Origin: an uncultured Chloroflexia bacterium
GTDB lineage: Bacteria; Chloroflexota; Limnocylindria; Limnocylindrales; CSP1-4
DNA length: 64,000 nt
Direction: 5' to 3'
Assembly (NCBI GenBank): GCA_963833225.1
Contig: CAWHXD010000008.1
Span: forward strand, 960,001 to 1,024,000
The notes beneath the pieces are model-generated. The model had not been told where the DNA came from, ran no database searches, and saw only the letters and a program-made list of their open reading frames with translations. Below are positions 62,839 through 64,000 of this stretch, in pieces. Position numbers and translations under genes: made by a program. Every line of letters begins with the position of its first letter. Positions within the stretch are counted from its first letter, which is position 1.

Positions 62839-63355
62839 ATGCACACCCGCCACGCGGCCGCCTCCCTGCTTGGGCTCACCGTGCTGCTCGCCGCCTGCGG
62901 CGCCGGCGGGTCGCCGACCGCGGCACCGGCCACCTTGGCTCCGCCAACCCCCGCCCCGGCGACCCAGGCACCGACGTCGGCCCCGACCGAGGCACCGCCC
63001 GCCGCAATGGCCTCCGTCACGATCGCCGAGAACGCGCTGGGCAGCATCCTCGCGGACGACACGGGCATGACGCTGTACGTCTTCCTGCCCGACAACGCGG
63101 GTGACCCGACCTGCTACGAGGCGTGCGCGAAGACCTGGCCGCCGCTCCTGTCCGACACCGCGCCTGCCGTGGGCGCCGGCCTGGACGCTGCCGCTTTCGG
63201 CACCGCCGATCGCACCGACGGGGGCAAGCAGGTCACCTTCAACGGCTGGCCCTTGTACGTCTTCGGCGGCGACAACGCCCCCGGCGACGTCAATGGCCAG
63301 GGACTCGGCGGCAACTGGTTCGTCATCAGGCGCGGATGGAACGATCGTGAAGTAG
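62839..63355 (+). CDS. COG4315 / Lipoprotein_15-repeat lipoprotein (frameshift near 63330)
   Basis: Lipobox LAAC, GMTLY.F..D....C...CA..WPP, Q.T.NGWPLY.F.GD..PGD.NGQG....W; AGGAG RBS. Confidence 0.88.
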
Positions 63356-63475
63356 GTCTCGATCCTCCGCCGAACCCGCGTCCCAAGAGCGCGGTGGTTC
63401 GCCGATGCGGATCGCCGCGCTCCCCGCGTCCCGGGACAACGCAACCTGGCAACCGCTCAACGGGTTCCCCATCAT

Positions 63476-64000
63476 GTGTCGATGCCAGCGCCCGCCCTCG
63501 ACGAACGCACGCTGCGGCACGCCGCCCATCTCCTCGGCGCACGGGACCCAGGGCTCGCGGCCATCGCGGCGCGGTTCGGCACGCCGCCGCTGTGGGCTCG
63601 CGAGCCCGGGTTCCCGACGCTCGTCCACCTGGTCCTGGAGCAACAGGTGTCGCTGGCATCGGCGCAGGCGGCCTTCGACCGCCTGCTGGCGCGACAGGCC
63701 AACTGACCCCGGCGCCCGCTCCTGGGACTCGATGACGGCGAGCTGCTCGCGGTCGGGTTCAGCCGCCAGAAGGCCCGCTACGCACGGGCGCTTGCCGAGG
63801 CGGTCGCGGCCGGTGGCCTCGACCTCGCGGGCTGGCCGAGCTGCGGGACGAGGAGGTTGATCGCCAGCTCATCGCGCTGCCCGGGATCGGGCCGTGGACC
63901 GCGACCATCTACCGGCTCATGGTCCTGCCCGCCCGGACGCGTGGCCGGTCCACGACATCGCCCTCGCCCAGGCCATCGCGGAGACGCGCGGCCTGGCAGG
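63476..64000 (+). CDS. alkA: DNA-3-methyladenine glycosylase II (AlkA/HhH-GPD), partial and frameshifted
   Basis: RDP.L, R.PGF.TL....LEQQVSLASA, GFSRQK..Y, LPGIGPWTA, WP..D. Confidence 0.85.

Noticed and set aside
61588-63735. 715-aa ORF-track protein
   Set aside because: Antisense shadow of the response regulator and DinB genes joined to the lipoprotein (62839), extended by a frameshift.

Overview
Very GC-rich bacterial chromosomal segment, by inference Chloroflexota (possibly Limnocylindria/Ellin6529-like, from gene content and a small SWIM-type protein). It holds about 60 mostly housekeeping or accessory CDSs: pgm (partial), an orphan MsiK/UgpC-type ABC ATPase, pncB, glgC, pepA, add, ccsB, class II ribonucleotide reductase nrdJ, cfa, udp, an RpoD-family sigma factor, a two-component pair, two type II toxin-antitoxin modules and several secreted proteins. 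About a dozen genes carry single-base frameshifts, clustered at 14-20, 27-30, 45-48 and 63-64 kb; these are most likely long-read consensus errors. No rRNA, tRNA, CRISPR array or transposase was recognised. Most notable: (1) a canonical c-di-GMP-I riboswitch on the minus strand (34008-34086) followed only by an unannotated 31-aa hydrophobic peptide; (2) an XRE-HTH/PD-(D/E)XK nuclease gene overlapped and followed by five copies of a degenerate 27-bp motif in both orientations, REP-like; (3) a translationally coupled YbjN-like chaperone plus an active (HEASH) and a catalytically degenerate (HQMAH) membrane-anchored gluzincin paralog; (4) tandem NrdR boxes, a sigma70 promoter and a roughly 280-nt highly structured leader before nrdJ; (5) candidate sRNAs with C-rich loops; (6) a roughly 210-aa C-terminal module shared by two otherwise unrelated secreted proteins; (7) pervasive leaderless gene starts. 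All assignments come from reading motifs by eye; no database searches were run.
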